Source: Candidatus Levyibacteriota bacterium
GTDB lineage: Bacteria; Patescibacteriota; Microgenomatia; Levybacterales; UBA12049
DNA: 57,382 nucleotides
Direction of reading: 5' to 3'
Assembly (NCBI GenBank): GCA_027459745.1
Contig: DAIDHL010000007.1
Coordinates: forward strand, 1 to 57,382
Part shown: positions 1-9,657 of the stretch, in pieces
Layout: the number at the start of each line of letters is the position of its first letter
How positions within the stretch are numbered: position 1 is the stretch's first letter
Made by a program: the position numbers and the translations under genes
The notes under the pieces: generated by a model
The model's database searches: none
What the model was told of the DNA's origin: nothing
The model's input: only the letters and a program-made list of their open reading frames with translations

Positions 1-146
1 ATGCAAGAAGTAAATAAATTTGAATATTATAACCGGTTGATCTAACTTAAATATTGTTATGTTAATTTACTTTCTTCTACTCGTCTTTAAATCTTCAATC
101 CTCTATCACAAAGTTAATTCTGTGGGATATGTTCGTATGGTTTCAT

Positions 147-197
<51 letters not shown>

Positions 198-691
198 CTC
201 GCAGAATTAAGACAGTCTGAGTTAGCAATACACACTCGGCAGTTTTTGAGTGTAGAAAGGGGGTGAGTTGGTTTGTAGAGTATGCAACTATTACATTATC
301 TAAAACGTATTAGAAAAAATTTTCAATTAATAGCTATGATGTTTACTATGCGAGTAGTGTAGTTATCACAGAGGTTTAATGAGTTTAGACACGAATAATT
401 TCTCTAGCGTGTTATTATAAATATATCAGTATACTGTATCTATAATTTCCTCTGCATTCATCTCTATATATCCTAGAGAGAAGGATGTGACTTTACTCAA
501 GATTGTTGCCTAAATGTGTTAACGTAGAATCATAACTTAGCTGATTTGAGCTTGTAATAGGGTAAGAGGTTTGACTTTTGCGCTTAAATTTGTTAGGCTG
601 ATAGCTCCAGGACGAAGTATAAAATAGTTTAAAATCCATGTCTGAGCCTTAGAATTTATATTCTAGGTTTTATTGTTTTGAACTATTTTTT

Positions 692-1858
692 TTGTCCTCC
701 AGCCTATCTATGCACTCACTTTTAGCTGGGTTTGGGAAACGATGCCGTGCTGAATTTCACGAATTCAGTACCTTTGTAAATTTCCTATTTTTCTATAGTA
801 AGAAGCGTACACTCAGTACTTCATACGGGTTTGAACGCAATAAGAACCGCTTAGTTAAGTTATTTTTGACTAAACGCGGTAGATATAATCGTTTATTCCT
901 GCATGTAAGCACTGTCATGGTCCTGGTAGTTGGAGTATTGATTACACCATATCTACAAGAGACCTTTCCTTTGTTTGCTTCTGCTCAGGCTAATCAACTT
1001 AATGCCAGTGGGAGTGCTCAGCAACAATCCATCAATGTAGGGGATACAGTCTTTAATACACAAATTGCTCAAAAACCTCGTGACTCAATTATTACTTACA
1101 CAGTACAAAAGGGGGACACCTTATCTTCCATAGCTAAGACTTTCGGTATTTCAGAGGATACTATTCGTTGGGCAAATAATTTAACCGACGATAGTTTATC
1201 GGTGGGAGATCAATTAAAGATCCTGCCAGTTACTGGCGTGGCTTACAAAGTTCAATCAGGCGATACTATCTATTCGATCGCTAAGAAATATAAGACTGAT
1301 CCTCAGGGAATTGTTGATTTTCCTTTTAATACTTTTGCCGATCCAGAGACTTTTACTTTGGTGGTGGGTGAATTGCTATTTGTGCCAAATGGTAAGATTG
1401 TAGCCGCTCCTGCAGCTTCTGAAGGGCCTTCTGGAGCTAGTACATATACGGGACCAATTCCTGTTGCCTCTGGCGGATGGTTCTTTCCATTGCCTGGAGG
1501 AAGAATATCTCAGTATGCATCTTGGTATCATATGGCTCTGGATATTACTTCACCCTATGGTACGCCTATTTATGCAGCTCACAGTGGTACTGTCAGTTAT
1601 GTCAGTACGGGGACGTATGATTGGGGGTTTGGTAATAATGTATGGATAGATGATGGGGATGGGTACATGACTCACTATGCGCATATGTCAACAGTTCCGT
1701 CCGTAGTTGGGGAACATGTGGTAGGTGGACAAACCATTATTGGCTATGTCGGGTTGACAGGTCATACAACGGGACCGCACTGCCATTTTGAAATTAAGCG
1801 TAATGGAGTGTTGGTTGACCCCATACCTTATGTGGGTGGAGGAGCAGGGCCGGATTAG
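692..1858 (+). CDS. Peptidoglycan hydrolase with two LysM domains and a C-terminal M23 (LytM-type) metallopeptidase domain
   Basis: Two LysM-like segments (YTVQKGDTLSSIAKTFGISEDTIRWANNL and YKVQSGDTIYSIAKKYKTD). M23 signatures HMALDI, HYAHMS and GLTGHTTGPHCHFEI. N-terminal hydrophobic segment. The track start at 692 is TTG; an in-frame ATG at 710 is an alternative start. Confidence 0.9.
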   Translation: MSSSLSMHSLLAGFGKRCRAEFHEFSTFVNFLFFYSKKRTLSTSYGFERNKNRLVKLFLTKRGRYNRLFLHVSTVMVLVVGVLITPYLQETFPLFASAQANQLNASGSAQQQSINVGDTVFNTQIAQKPRDSIITYTVQKGDTLSSIAKTFGISEDTIRWANNLTDDSLSVGDQLKILPVTGVAYKVQSGDTIYSIAKKYKTDPQGIVDFPFNTFADPETFTLVVGELLFVPNGKIVAAPAASEGPSGASTYTGPIPVASGGWFFPLPGGRISQYASWYHMALDITSPYGTPIYAAHSGTVSYVSTGTYDWGFGNNVWIDDGDGYMTHYAHMSTVPSVVGEHVVGGQTIIGYVGLTGHTTGPHCHFEIKRNGVLVDPIPYVGGGAGPD

Positions 1859-1890
1859 TGTAGAGTGTAGAGTGTAGAGTGTAGAGTGTA
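1857..1890. repeat. Heptanucleotide tandem repeat (AGTGTAG), ~4.8 units
   Basis: agtgtagagtgtagagtgtagagtgtagagtgta starts inside the TAG stop of the M23 gene and ends just before the terminator hairpin. Confidence 0.9.
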
Positions 1891-1891
1891 T

Positions 1892-1911
1892 GCGGCGAAG
1901 GCCGCTTTTTT
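1892..1911 (+). terminator. Rho-independent terminator of the LysM/M23 gene
   Basis: gcggc-gaag-gccgc hairpin (1892-1905) followed by a tttttt run (1906-1911). Confidence 0.8.
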
Positions 1912-1958
1912 GGTGGCTTACAAGGATAGTAAATGAGAAGATTAGTTACTTGATTAAA

Positions 1959-2032
1959 TGGTGGACCCGAGGAGAATCGAACTCCCTACTTTTCTATGCC
2001 ATAGAAATGTGTTACCGGTATACCACGGGCCC
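1959..2032 (-). tRNA. tRNA-Ala (anticodon GGC), CCA encoded
   Basis: Reverse complement folds as a cloverleaf. Acceptor GGGCCCG/CGGGTCC includes the G3:U70 alanine identity pair. Anticodon stem TTTCT/AGAAA with loop ATGGCAT. T arm GGGAG-TTCGATT-CTCCT. 3' ACCA. One A-C mismatch in the D stem. Confidence 0.85.
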
Positions 2033-2127
2033 ATTCCAATTCGGAATTAGAATACTTATTATAACCTTTAAGTCATCTTAAATCCAATATTATTTATTAT
2101 TAACTCACCAATCTATATTCGTATTTG

Positions 2128-2198
2128 TGGACCTACCGGGAATTGAACCCGGACTTCTGCAATGCGAATGCAGTGTTGTACCGTTCAACCATAGGCCC
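2128..2198 (-). tRNA. tRNA-Ala (anticodon CGC), CCA not encoded
   Basis: Reverse complement: acceptor GGGCCTA/TAGGTCC with G3:U70. D stem GTTG/CAAC. Anticodon stem CTGCA/TGCAG with loop TTCGCAT. T arm CCGGG-TTCAATT-CCCGG. Discriminator A is followed by CA, not CCA. Confidence 0.85.
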
Positions 2199-2322
2199 AG
2201 AACTGCTTTTATTATACCTCATTGTGCTTAGGAATGAGAATAACAACCGATTATTTTGAAATCATGAGTATTCTTATAAATAAAAATAGTTGAAAGACTA
2301 AATTATGGGGGAACCTTTAATC

Positions 2323-4497
2323 CTATGGCTTAGGAGTGACTGTGGATGTCGGTTTGACTGTACTTGTAGGTAACGGATTAGATGGTACAGGTGAGACAGA
2401 TGGACCAGGAATTTCAGCTTTAGGACTGATGCTTGGTAAAGTAGCTGGAGGGGTGCTAACGTTCAGCTGTTGACTGCCGTTGTTGGTGTTAGCTTGCTGG
2501 TTAGATCCGGCGTTATTAGAATTACCTTGAGTTTGTGAATTGATCTTATTCTGCAATGCCTTTATTTCAGCTGAAATCTTGTCACTATTTGCTTTATTAC
2601 CTGATACTAATTGTTGTACAACTTGGTAAGCTTGTAAGGCATTATTCAAGTCACCTTTGGCTTCATACGCATGACCTAAATTGTAGTATGCATTAGCATA
2701 ATCTGATTTAGCATTCCAGGCATAAGTAAACTGAGTGATAGCATTGTCCCATTGGCCTAGTTGATAGTAGATACCGCCCAAGTTAATATATTGTTGAGGA
2801 TTTTTAGGATCCAAGGCAATAGCTTGTTGACTGGTGGCTATGGCGTAAGCATCGGCATTTTGGCCAAAACCAATCAAACTGCGATAGATAGAGGATAGAT
2901 TATTCCAGTCCGAAGCTGTCTCAGGTGCCACACTGACGGCTGCTCGACCAGAAGTGATAGATTGTTGAATCAACTGTAATATAGTGTTCTGTACGGTTGC
3001 ATCTGGTTTCTTATTCTTTGGTTGACTAGCGGCCAATGAATTAGCCAAAGCCAAGTTGGTCTGTGAGAAGACGGTATAATACAAATCTCTATAAGGAAAT
3101 ATGCTGATAGCTTGACGTTGCAGGTCGTAGGTTGTTTGGGCCTTGTTTTGTCTAGCAGCCACCAGAGATTGCTCAAATACCATATCTGATTGCAAATATT
3201 CAAATGTAAAGTAACCAACTACACCTACCAAAGCTAAAAGTACAATAAATACTACACTGGGTAAGAAACGACTAGAATGTTGGCGAGAAGTTGCACCTTC
3301 TGGGGTGGCATTAACCAATCCCTGATTGAATGCTACAAAATGAAACTCAAAAGTTGGAAATTTGTTTGGATGATGTAAGGCTAATAAACTAGCAAAAATA
3401 GCTAGAATAACAAAGAATAAGGTCACAATTACAGGTGAAAAAGGTAACAGGAAGGCTGCTAACAAAGCAATAACTAAAGGTAAGAAGAATACTCTCTGTC
3501 TAATTACTCTGTATACTAAGAATAGGAATGAGAGTGCACCTAAGAAACCAGTCGTTGCAATCAACTCGAGGAAAAAGCTAGTCGAGCGAACGAAAGTAAC
3601 TGACCATAAGGTTTGATCCAAATTATAGGAAGCAGATTTAAAGCGAGTAAAATCTGTCAAATAAGTACCAAATCCACTACCCAGCAAGAAACTCTTTAAC
3701 AAAGTGGTATCTTGCGAGATTGAGGCAAAAGCGGTCTGAAAACCCGTAGCAAAAGGTAGAATCAACGGCTTTTGTGTTGTAAAAAGTTCAAATAAGGTTA
3801 TAAGCAATCCGATCAACAAAATAAAGGCTGCGAAAGCAAAAACTATAGCTCTACTCATTTGCCCAGACGATCCATCTTTACGCATTAGTAAGGTTTTTTT
3901 ATTGGTCAGAATACCATTATTTTGGAAAAGTGGGAAAGCTAAATAGGCAGCTAAAGGTAACACAATGGCCAAATAGATGGCTTGATCCAAGAACGATCCA
4001 TAAGTAGTAAAACCTTGAGCGTGAGTATCAGCAAAAGGCAACAGATAGATATTAAAGAATTGGAAGACGGAAAGAAGTGTGCTGACTAAAGCGCCAATGA
4101 CTAAGGCGCTGACTAAAAATACGATATCATTTTCTTTTTTTACGAGATTGGTAATACTAAAATATAATACGACTGCAAATAAGAACGGGAAGAAGGCTGT
4201 CAAACTATCGATGCGATTAACTGCAAAAACAGCTGATGCAAAAGCAATGATTGTAAATAACAAAATAGCAATGTCAAAAGGTGTACCTCGGAAAAACATC
4301 TTACGGTCGGCAACCATCGATATTCCATATACGATTACTGCTACTGCCACAGCGACTGCAATCACAATTTGCTTAGGCAAAGTAAAAGGATCAGTTGTTA
4401 GAGAGGTGTAGAGTATGGGTAAGACCAATAAAGCAATCCCCATTATTACAATAGCGATCTTTTGTAAACTTACTGCAAGAGAAGAATTGTTTTGCAT
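2323..4497 (-). CDS. Polytopic membrane protein (O-antigen ligase / Wzy_C-like by architecture) with C-terminal TPR repeats and a Pro/Thr/Ser-rich tail
   Basis: About 10-12 hydrophobic helices over aa 1-450. TPR-like repeats (YINLGGIYYQLGQWDNAITQF, AYYNLGHAYEAKGDLNNALQAYQ). Low-complexity tail (PSVSPVPSNPLPTSTVKPTSTVTPKP). ATG start at 4497. The Wzy_C assignment is pattern-based only. Confidence 0.6.
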   Translation of the reverse strand: MQNNSSLAVSLQKIAIVIMGIALLVLPILYTSLTTDPFTLPKQIVIAVAVAVAVIVYGISMVADRKMFFRGTPFDIAILLFTIIAFASAVFAVNRIDSLTAFFPFLFAVVLYFSITNLVKKENDIVFLVSALVIGALVSTLLSVFQFFNIYLLPFADTHAQGFTTYGSFLDQAIYLAIVLPLAAYLAFPLFQNNGILTNKKTLLMRKDGSSGQMSRAIVFAFAAFILLIGLLITLFELFTTQKPLILPFATGFQTAFASISQDTTLLKSFLLGSGFGTYLTDFTRFKSASYNLDQTLWSVTFVRSTSFFLELIATTGFLGALSFLFLVYRVIRQRVFFLPLVIALLAAFLLPFSPVIVTLFFVILAIFASLLALHHPNKFPTFEFHFVAFNQGLVNATPEGATSRQHSSRFLPSVVFIVLLALVGVVGYFTFEYLQSDMVFEQSLVAARQNKAQTTYDLQRQAISIFPYRDLYYTVFSQTNLALANSLAASQPKNKKPDATVQNTILQLIQQSITSGRAAVSVAPETASDWNNLSSIYRSLIGFGQNADAYAIATSQQAIALDPKNPQQYINLGGIYYQLGQWDNAITQFTYAWNAKSDYANAYYNLGHAYEAKGDLNNALQAYQVVQQLVSGNKANSDKISAEIKALQNKINSQTQGNSNNAGSNQQANTNNGSQQLNVSTPPATLPSISPKAEIPGPSVSPVPSNPLPTSTVKPTSTVTPKP

Positions 4498-4504
4498 AAT
4501 AATT

Positions 4505-4534
4505 ATTATTCAGGTTTTTCGTCTGTTTTGTCAA
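4505..4534 (-). promoter_or_regulatory. Sigma70-like promoter for the 724-aa membrane/TPR gene
   Basis: Minus strand reads TTGACA (4534..4529), 18 nt spacer, AATAAT (4510..4505), then 7 nt to the ATG at 4497. No SD. Confidence 0.5.
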
Positions 4535-4566
4535 TAGAACAAAATATATATTGGATAATCTTAGCC

Positions 4567-7500
4567 TCAATTTACTATCCACCAATTAAGATGAATATCC
4601 TGGTCAATGGGTGATGATATTTGAATGGTGAAACTATTGGGCTGACCTGGGTTAATTTGAGGGTCTGTCTGGCGAGCTATGTAAGGGGTTTGACCATATG
4701 TATCAGAGCTGGGCGAGATATAAATTAATGATTTGGCATGTGCATAAGGGGTAATGATAGTTCTTTCTGTTTGTCCACGGTAGATAACGGCCGTTCCGGC
4801 AGAGGCAGTGGCTACAGTCTCTGTAATTGATGTATCTGCTTGTGCGCCATGTACAATAGTTAATGCATTAGAAACAATTTGGGCAAAGTTACCGCTGCCA
4901 GAAGCATTTAGATCCCCTTGCTGAGTAAGCGTCAGCACCGCGCTGCCGGAGGCGTTATTAATATTGAGACCTGGATCGTTAGAAGCTGATGGTGTGGCCA
5001 GTTGAATAGATAGATTGTGGTTGGCAAGAGGGGAAAGCGTATTCACAGCCAGAGTACCGCTGACGGTTACATTTTGATTAAAGACTGCATTACCAGCTAC
5101 ATTTAAGTTGCCGTTAGTATCGATAGTCAGTAATCCACCTAGAAAATTAACTCCACCTTGGCGTAAAGGTTGTAGTTGTAAATCAGATCCCACGACATTT
5201 ATCTCGGTATCCGCAATACTTAACCTTCCATCGATTGTAAGCTGGCCTGCAATGGCGGTATCAGCCAAACTAGTAGTTCCACTACTCATTAGACCAGTAG
5301 TTACATCTAGAGTGGATACTTGTAGATTCGCATCTGTCAGTTGAGCACTATATGAGGCAAGATTGATGTCGTTAGGTAATGGTGTGATGGCTTGACTAGC
5401 CAATTCCTGGGGTAAGATATTATTTTCAATCCCACTAGATGTAGCTGTCGTATTATCAACCAAAGTAGTAGTTGGTTGTGCAGAAGGAGTAGCGTTTTGG
5501 TAAACATTAGTTACATTCGTTATATATGTGGCACTCGGACTGGCGTTTAAGCCCTGTATTTCATCAGCCACGATCTTGTGGGCATAGAAAGTCCCACTGA
5601 CCGTGGCTGATGTCGTTTGCAGGGTATTACTCGTCAGTTGTCCGGATACGCTGGCATTCCCGTTGATATTGGCATTGCCGTTTATAATAATTGCACTTTG
5701 TGTACCAAGTGGACTGATTACATTGACTGCCAAGTTGCCGATTGAGGGTGATAGAGGATTAGCATTGCCTGGGTTTGATTGATGAATGAGATTATTTACA
5801 TAGTCTTGTAGTGAAACTCCGGCGATTAAAATATTGTTAGTGGAGAGTTGGGTGGTTTGTATGGCACTAGCTTGCAGAGTGCCCATAAAGTCCGCGCTAT
5901 TAGTGACAATTAAATCTTTGGTATTTACTAGTCCAACTTGTAAGTTGGCAATGCTAGCCCAGGCGTAGGCTGCAATTGAACTCAGAATATGGCCGTTATT
6001 GTCGCTTAGTTGATATGAGGGTTGGCTGCCATTTCCTGCCTGAGAGTTGCTCGGCATAGTAATATTAAGATTGCCAGCGTCTGTAATTTGCACAGCCGGA
6101 TCGTACCAGCTTGGCTGCACTACCACCAAAATTAAATCAATTAGGTAAGGGTCATTTGAAGTATAGCTAGCCAGTGCATGTCCAATAATGGGCCCAGCTG
6201 AAGTTGCTTTGACTCCTACACCTGGGATATTAGAAACCGAAATCGGATCTCCTGGTTGGATAGAGCCATTTTGTGTACTAACACGCACTTGTAATTGGCC
6301 TACAAAACCTACTGGAATAGAGGCAGCTCCATTATTTTGCCCAGCGAGTATAGTAGGAGAGGCTGATATCACTCCAGCAATAGAAGAATAAGATTGCGAA
6401 CTACATTGGGTTACCGTCTGTGAAGAGGTGAAGCAAGCCAGTGCGCCAGTTGGGATATTCTCATTTGGATCTTTAGGTAGATATTCAGCAAAGTCTCCAT
6501 TGCTATGTCCGCTGAAAGTCAATCCACCCATACCATTGCTCGTAATACTGCCTAGGGATTGGCCGTTAATATCGAGAAAATCTATGAATTTATTGTTTGG
6601 AGTAAGTGAGGAGTATGTAGCGCCTAATTTTAAGGCTAAGGCGGAAGCATTAGCGCTAGTATTGGTATTGGATATCATAGCTGAAACGGTAGCATCACGA
6701 TTATCAACAACATCTAACTTATATAGCGGATTTGAGGTGCCTATTCCTAATTGGTTATTTATTATTACATTTGAATTGAATTGGGGATTATTTAATTTGG
6801 CATTATTGATGAGAAGTGCACCCTGAGTAGCTTCTATCACATGATCGTTGTAACCGCTAAAGTTGATACCTGCGTTGTCGCCGGTAAATGTAAGACCTTT
6901 GGTACCATTGACTGTCAAATTACCGGAAAGAGCAGTAGTGGAATTATTAATTTTCAAAATACCGCTACTGCTACCAATATTTATGTCATAGGCTTGGTTA
7001 CCAATATCAAGTTCAAGTGGGCCATCATTTAGCAAGTTAAAGGTACTAGCGCTACTAGTCAAGCTGCCTCCATTGATGGCTAAATTGTCGGCAAATGTAC
7101 CTGTTCCTGTATAGCTGACAGTAAATTTAGAAACACCACTAGAGCTAGCATTTAGTAATGGTCCTAAGCCGTCTTGTTCGATCTGTAAGGCTGGCTGAGC
7201 GCTAGACGTTGCCCAAACAGCCAGCCTATCATCGACTTCCACCGCCCCCAAATTATCGGGAAAGTTACCAGTTAAAGCAGTATTAGTCAAAGGTTTTTGT
7301 AAATCAATCATACCTGACCCGTCGGGAGCTATTACTACATTGCCGTTGGACAAATCATTGGACTTAATTACTGTTAGATTGCCGCTAAGAGTAAAAGTGC
7401 CATTAGTAGCAGAGAAAGTAGGAGAAGAAGACCCGGCGATTTGTAAATTACCCGCAGAATCTAAAGACAAAACCACATTTCGTTGTAGACCTGAAGTTGT

Positions 7501-9018
7501 ATTAACTGGAGACATACCATTGAATAAAAGAGAGTCGCTGCTTAAGCTCGTGCTAGGTATGGCTTCACGCGGTGTCAATTCAGCATTAGTAGCAATAGTC
7601 GTACCTAAATATAATGAGGGATTATCTGAGAAGATAGTTTGCGGTAGAGATTCGCTTTGGCCTAAGGTGATTTGAAAGCCACCGTCGTTATTTGGTTTTA
7701 CCAGGTGTACAGTTTGCCATAAAAGGGCAGATCCTGAACCAGTTGGGTCATTGTATAAACTAAACCTAACTTCGGTTGGTTGAGTAATAGGCTTTTGGCT
7801 AGCATCTAAAAGCTTGCCTTGAAAATAAAGCAAACGTTGAGCAGATTGCAATCCAAGTACAGTCTGATTGCTAGCTAGAGGTTTAAAAACAAGAAAGACT
7901 ACTGCTTCAGCTATAACCAAAAAGAATAAAAGTGCCCCTATCATAGCAAATGTCAGTTTTGGAGATATAAATTTATGGATTGATTGATTTTGTTTGACAT
8001 TGTTAGATATTGTTATAGGAGACAGAAAGGATTCAGAATACTTTTGTCGGTGACGTGACCAATAGACCGTATCCATTCGATTTTGAATATAAGAGCCAAA
8101 TCGAGGACTTATTTGCTGTGTGGGTACAAATATCTTTTTCCCCGACAAATTCCATAAAAGATATTGCCCAGAAACAACAGCATAGGTTAAAGGAATAATC
8201 AATAAATAATCCACCAGTAAATTAAGACTTCTGGTTAGCTTTTGCCAAAGACGTAGAGGAGGGAAAGAAGAATATTTAAATTCCTTCTTAGAAAGGTAGT
8301 TATTTGTCGACACATTATTATATGTAGTATCCTGATCACTATGGGGGATGCAATTTAACTCTATAGGTCCATTGTTTATCTTTTGCTTTATGTCCAAATA
8401 ATTATAATAACTTTTTAAAGACGACAGTCGGCGATTAATCGTAGATGGTGATATTTTTTCTTCTAGTAGCCTTTTCTTGTATTCGTTAATAACTGTCGGA
8501 GTTAGATAAGAAAGAATCTCTTTTTTGAGATCTAGATTTTGGTAAGTGGTCCGAAACCAAAAGAGAAATAGCTGCGTGTCAGTTAAGTAGTTCTTAATAG
8601 TCGCAGGACTTGACTTATGTTGTCCTAGATAGTTCCTGAAAGCTTTGAGCAAATATGGGTCATCAATAGACCTTGGTGAAACTTGAGAAAAAGGATTGAC
8701 ATAGATATATCCATTTTGTTGCAAAAAGTTAAAGAATTTGCGTAGACTAGAAAAGTATCTTTCAATCGATTGATTTGAAGCTGCCTTAGCACTGATGCTT
8801 TGCATGTGATAAGCAGACTCCTGCAGTGACTGCTTGTAGGCACGAATAATATCAAAGTGTACATCTTGAGGTTTAAATTCTTGAGTATAGGTAGCTTCGA
8901 ACCAGGCAATAAATTTTCGCAGGTCTGAGAGATAGTTTTTCACAGAGATATCCTGCAGAGCGGGTTGGCGACTGATAAGGTATTCCTTATACAAATTTTC
9001 AAAATTTAAAATAGGCAT
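4567..9018 (-). CDS. Giant surface fibre protein (1483 aa): two N-terminal recombinase SAM-like/core-binding-type domains, a TM segment, an S/T/N/G-rich fibre, and a conserved C-terminal module ending in WWIVN
   Basis: aa 1-215 carries two copies of a core-binding-domain-like pattern (SVKNYLSDLRKFIAWFE...IERYFSSLRKFFNFLQQNGYIYVNPF; TIKNYLTDTQLFLFWFR...INRRLSSLKSYYNYL). Hydrophobic segment LTFAMIGALLFFLVIAEAVVFLVF (~aa 357-380). Fibre motifs include LGIGTSNPLYKLDV. The DFAEY...GDPISVSNIPGVGVKAT module is shared with two other proteins in this window. ATG start at 9018. Confidence 0.9.
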   Translation of the reverse strand: MPILNFENLYKEYLISRQPALQDISVKNYLSDLRKFIAWFEATYTQEFKPQDVHFDIIRAYKQSLQESAYHMQSISAKAASNQSIERYFSSLRKFFNFLQQNGYIYVNPFSQVSPRSIDDPYLLKAFRNYLGQHKSSPATIKNYLTDTQLFLFWFRTTYQNLDLKKEILSYLTPTVINEYKKRLLEEKISPSTINRRLSSLKSYYNYLDIKQKINNGPIELNCIPHSDQDTTYNNVSTNNYLSKKEFKYSSFPPLRLWQKLTRSLNLLVDYLLIIPLTYAVVSGQYLLWNLSGKKIFVPTQQISPRFGSYIQNRMDTVYWSRHRQKYSESFLSPITISNNVKQNQSIHKFISPKLTFAMIGALLFFLVIAEAVVFLVFKPLASNQTVLGLQSAQRLLYFQGKLLDASQKPITQPTEVRFSLYNDPTGSGSALLWQTVHLVKPNNDGGFQITLGQSESLPQTIFSDNPSLYLGTTIATNAELTPREAIPSTSLSSDSLLFNGMSPVNTTSGLQRNVVLSLDSAGNLQIAGSSSPTFSATNGTFTLSGNLTVIKSNDLSNGNVVIAPDGSGMIDLQKPLTNTALTGNFPDNLGAVEVDDRLAVWATSSAQPALQIEQDGLGPLLNASSSGVSKFTVSYTGTGTFADNLAINGGSLTSSASTFNLLNDGPLELDIGNQAYDINIGSSSGILKINNSTTALSGNLTVNGTKGLTFTGDNAGINFSGYNDHVIEATQGALLINNAKLNNPQFNSNVIINNQLGIGTSNPLYKLDVVDNRDATVSAMISNTNTSANASALALKLGATYSSLTPNNKFIDFLDINGQSLGSITSNGMGGLTFSGHSNGDFAEYLPKDPNENIPTGALACFTSSQTVTQCSSQSYSSIAGVISASPTILAGQNNGAASIPVGFVGQLQVRVSTQNGSIQPGDPISVSNIPGVGVKATSAGPIIGHALASYTSNDPYLIDLILVVVQPSWYDPAVQITDAGNLNITMPSNSQAGNGSQPSYQLSDNNGHILSSIAAYAWASIANLQVGLVNTKDLIVTNSADFMGTLQASAIQTTQLSTNNILIAGVSLQDYVNNLIHQSNPGNANPLSPSIGNLAVNVISPLGTQSAIIINGNANINGNASVSGQLTSNTLQTTSATVSGTFYAHKIVADEIQGLNASPSATYITNVTNVYQNATPSAQPTTTLVDNTTATSSGIENNILPQELASQAITPLPNDINLASYSAQLTDANLQVSTLDVTTGLMSSGTTSLADTAIAGQLTIDGRLSIADTEINVVGSDLQLQPLRQGGVNFLGGLLTIDTNGNLNVAGNAVFNQNVTVSGTLAVNTLSPLANHNLSIQLATPSASNDPGLNINNASGSAVLTLTQQGDLNASGSGNFAQIVSNALTIVHGAQADTSITETVATASAGTAVIYRGQTERTIITPYAHAKSLIYISPSSDTYGQTPYIARQTDPQINPGQPNSFTIQISSPIDQDIHLNWWIVN

Positions 9019-9657
9019 AGATTATACAGATTATACGGTTTATTTGATTTACTAAAAGAAAAAATAGCCCTGAATTTAGAGTAGATAAATAGCGATAAAC
9101 TGTCAATGAGTAAAAAGATTATTAGGCTCCAAAGAGATAGATTGATATATTTAAAAAATACGAAATATAACTTAAGAAATATTCTAAAAGTTAACAAATA
9201 GCTGTTAAAACTAAAATATATAAAAATTATATGAAATACCTCTTATTCAACACTAAACTGTGAAAAATCCATATCTATCAAAAGACATCAAAAGCGATCT
9301 AAGACTGTTTTTTGTCTTATTTGCGGAGTTTTTTAATTAATTACGTGTATAGAGGCACAATAGAAAATCTTGTTAGGTATTAAATATATAAAACTTAATT
9401 CATGAATCTAACTCTTAAATTAATTGCTGTATCTCGTAGTAGTTTTAGAATGACTAGTTTAATTTTCGCTATTATTTCGTATTTTAAGTAGTTTTAGCAC
9501 TCATTATATGAGTACGATAAGAAACATAGTCGTACATTTATCCAAATTCAGAGACCTAATCATCTAATATACCTGATGAGCTAGATAATTTTATTAGCGT
9601 TTCTTTACAAGTGTCTTATTTATTTAATTTTCTATATTAAAATATCCTATAGATAAG

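Noticed and set aside
1890-2081. 63-aa ORF overlapping tRNA-Ala(GGC); likewise 23096..23290 overlapping tRNA-Pro
   Set aside because: The sequence folds into canonical tRNA cloverleaves on the opposite strand. The ORFs are incidental.
5108-8909. Plus-strand and out-of-frame ORFs inside the 1483-aa gene (5108..5344, 6188..6391, 6428..6826, 6841..7032, 7340..7675, 8625..8909)
   Set aside because: They are antisense or alternative-frame shadows of the long minus-strand ORF, with no motifs or independent signals.
4567-9018. Integrase / mobile element interpretation of the recombinase-like N-terminus
   Set aside because: Only core-binding-type domains are present. No catalytic R-H-R-Y region, att-like repeats, transposase or phage genes occur nearby. 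It is not called a mobile element.
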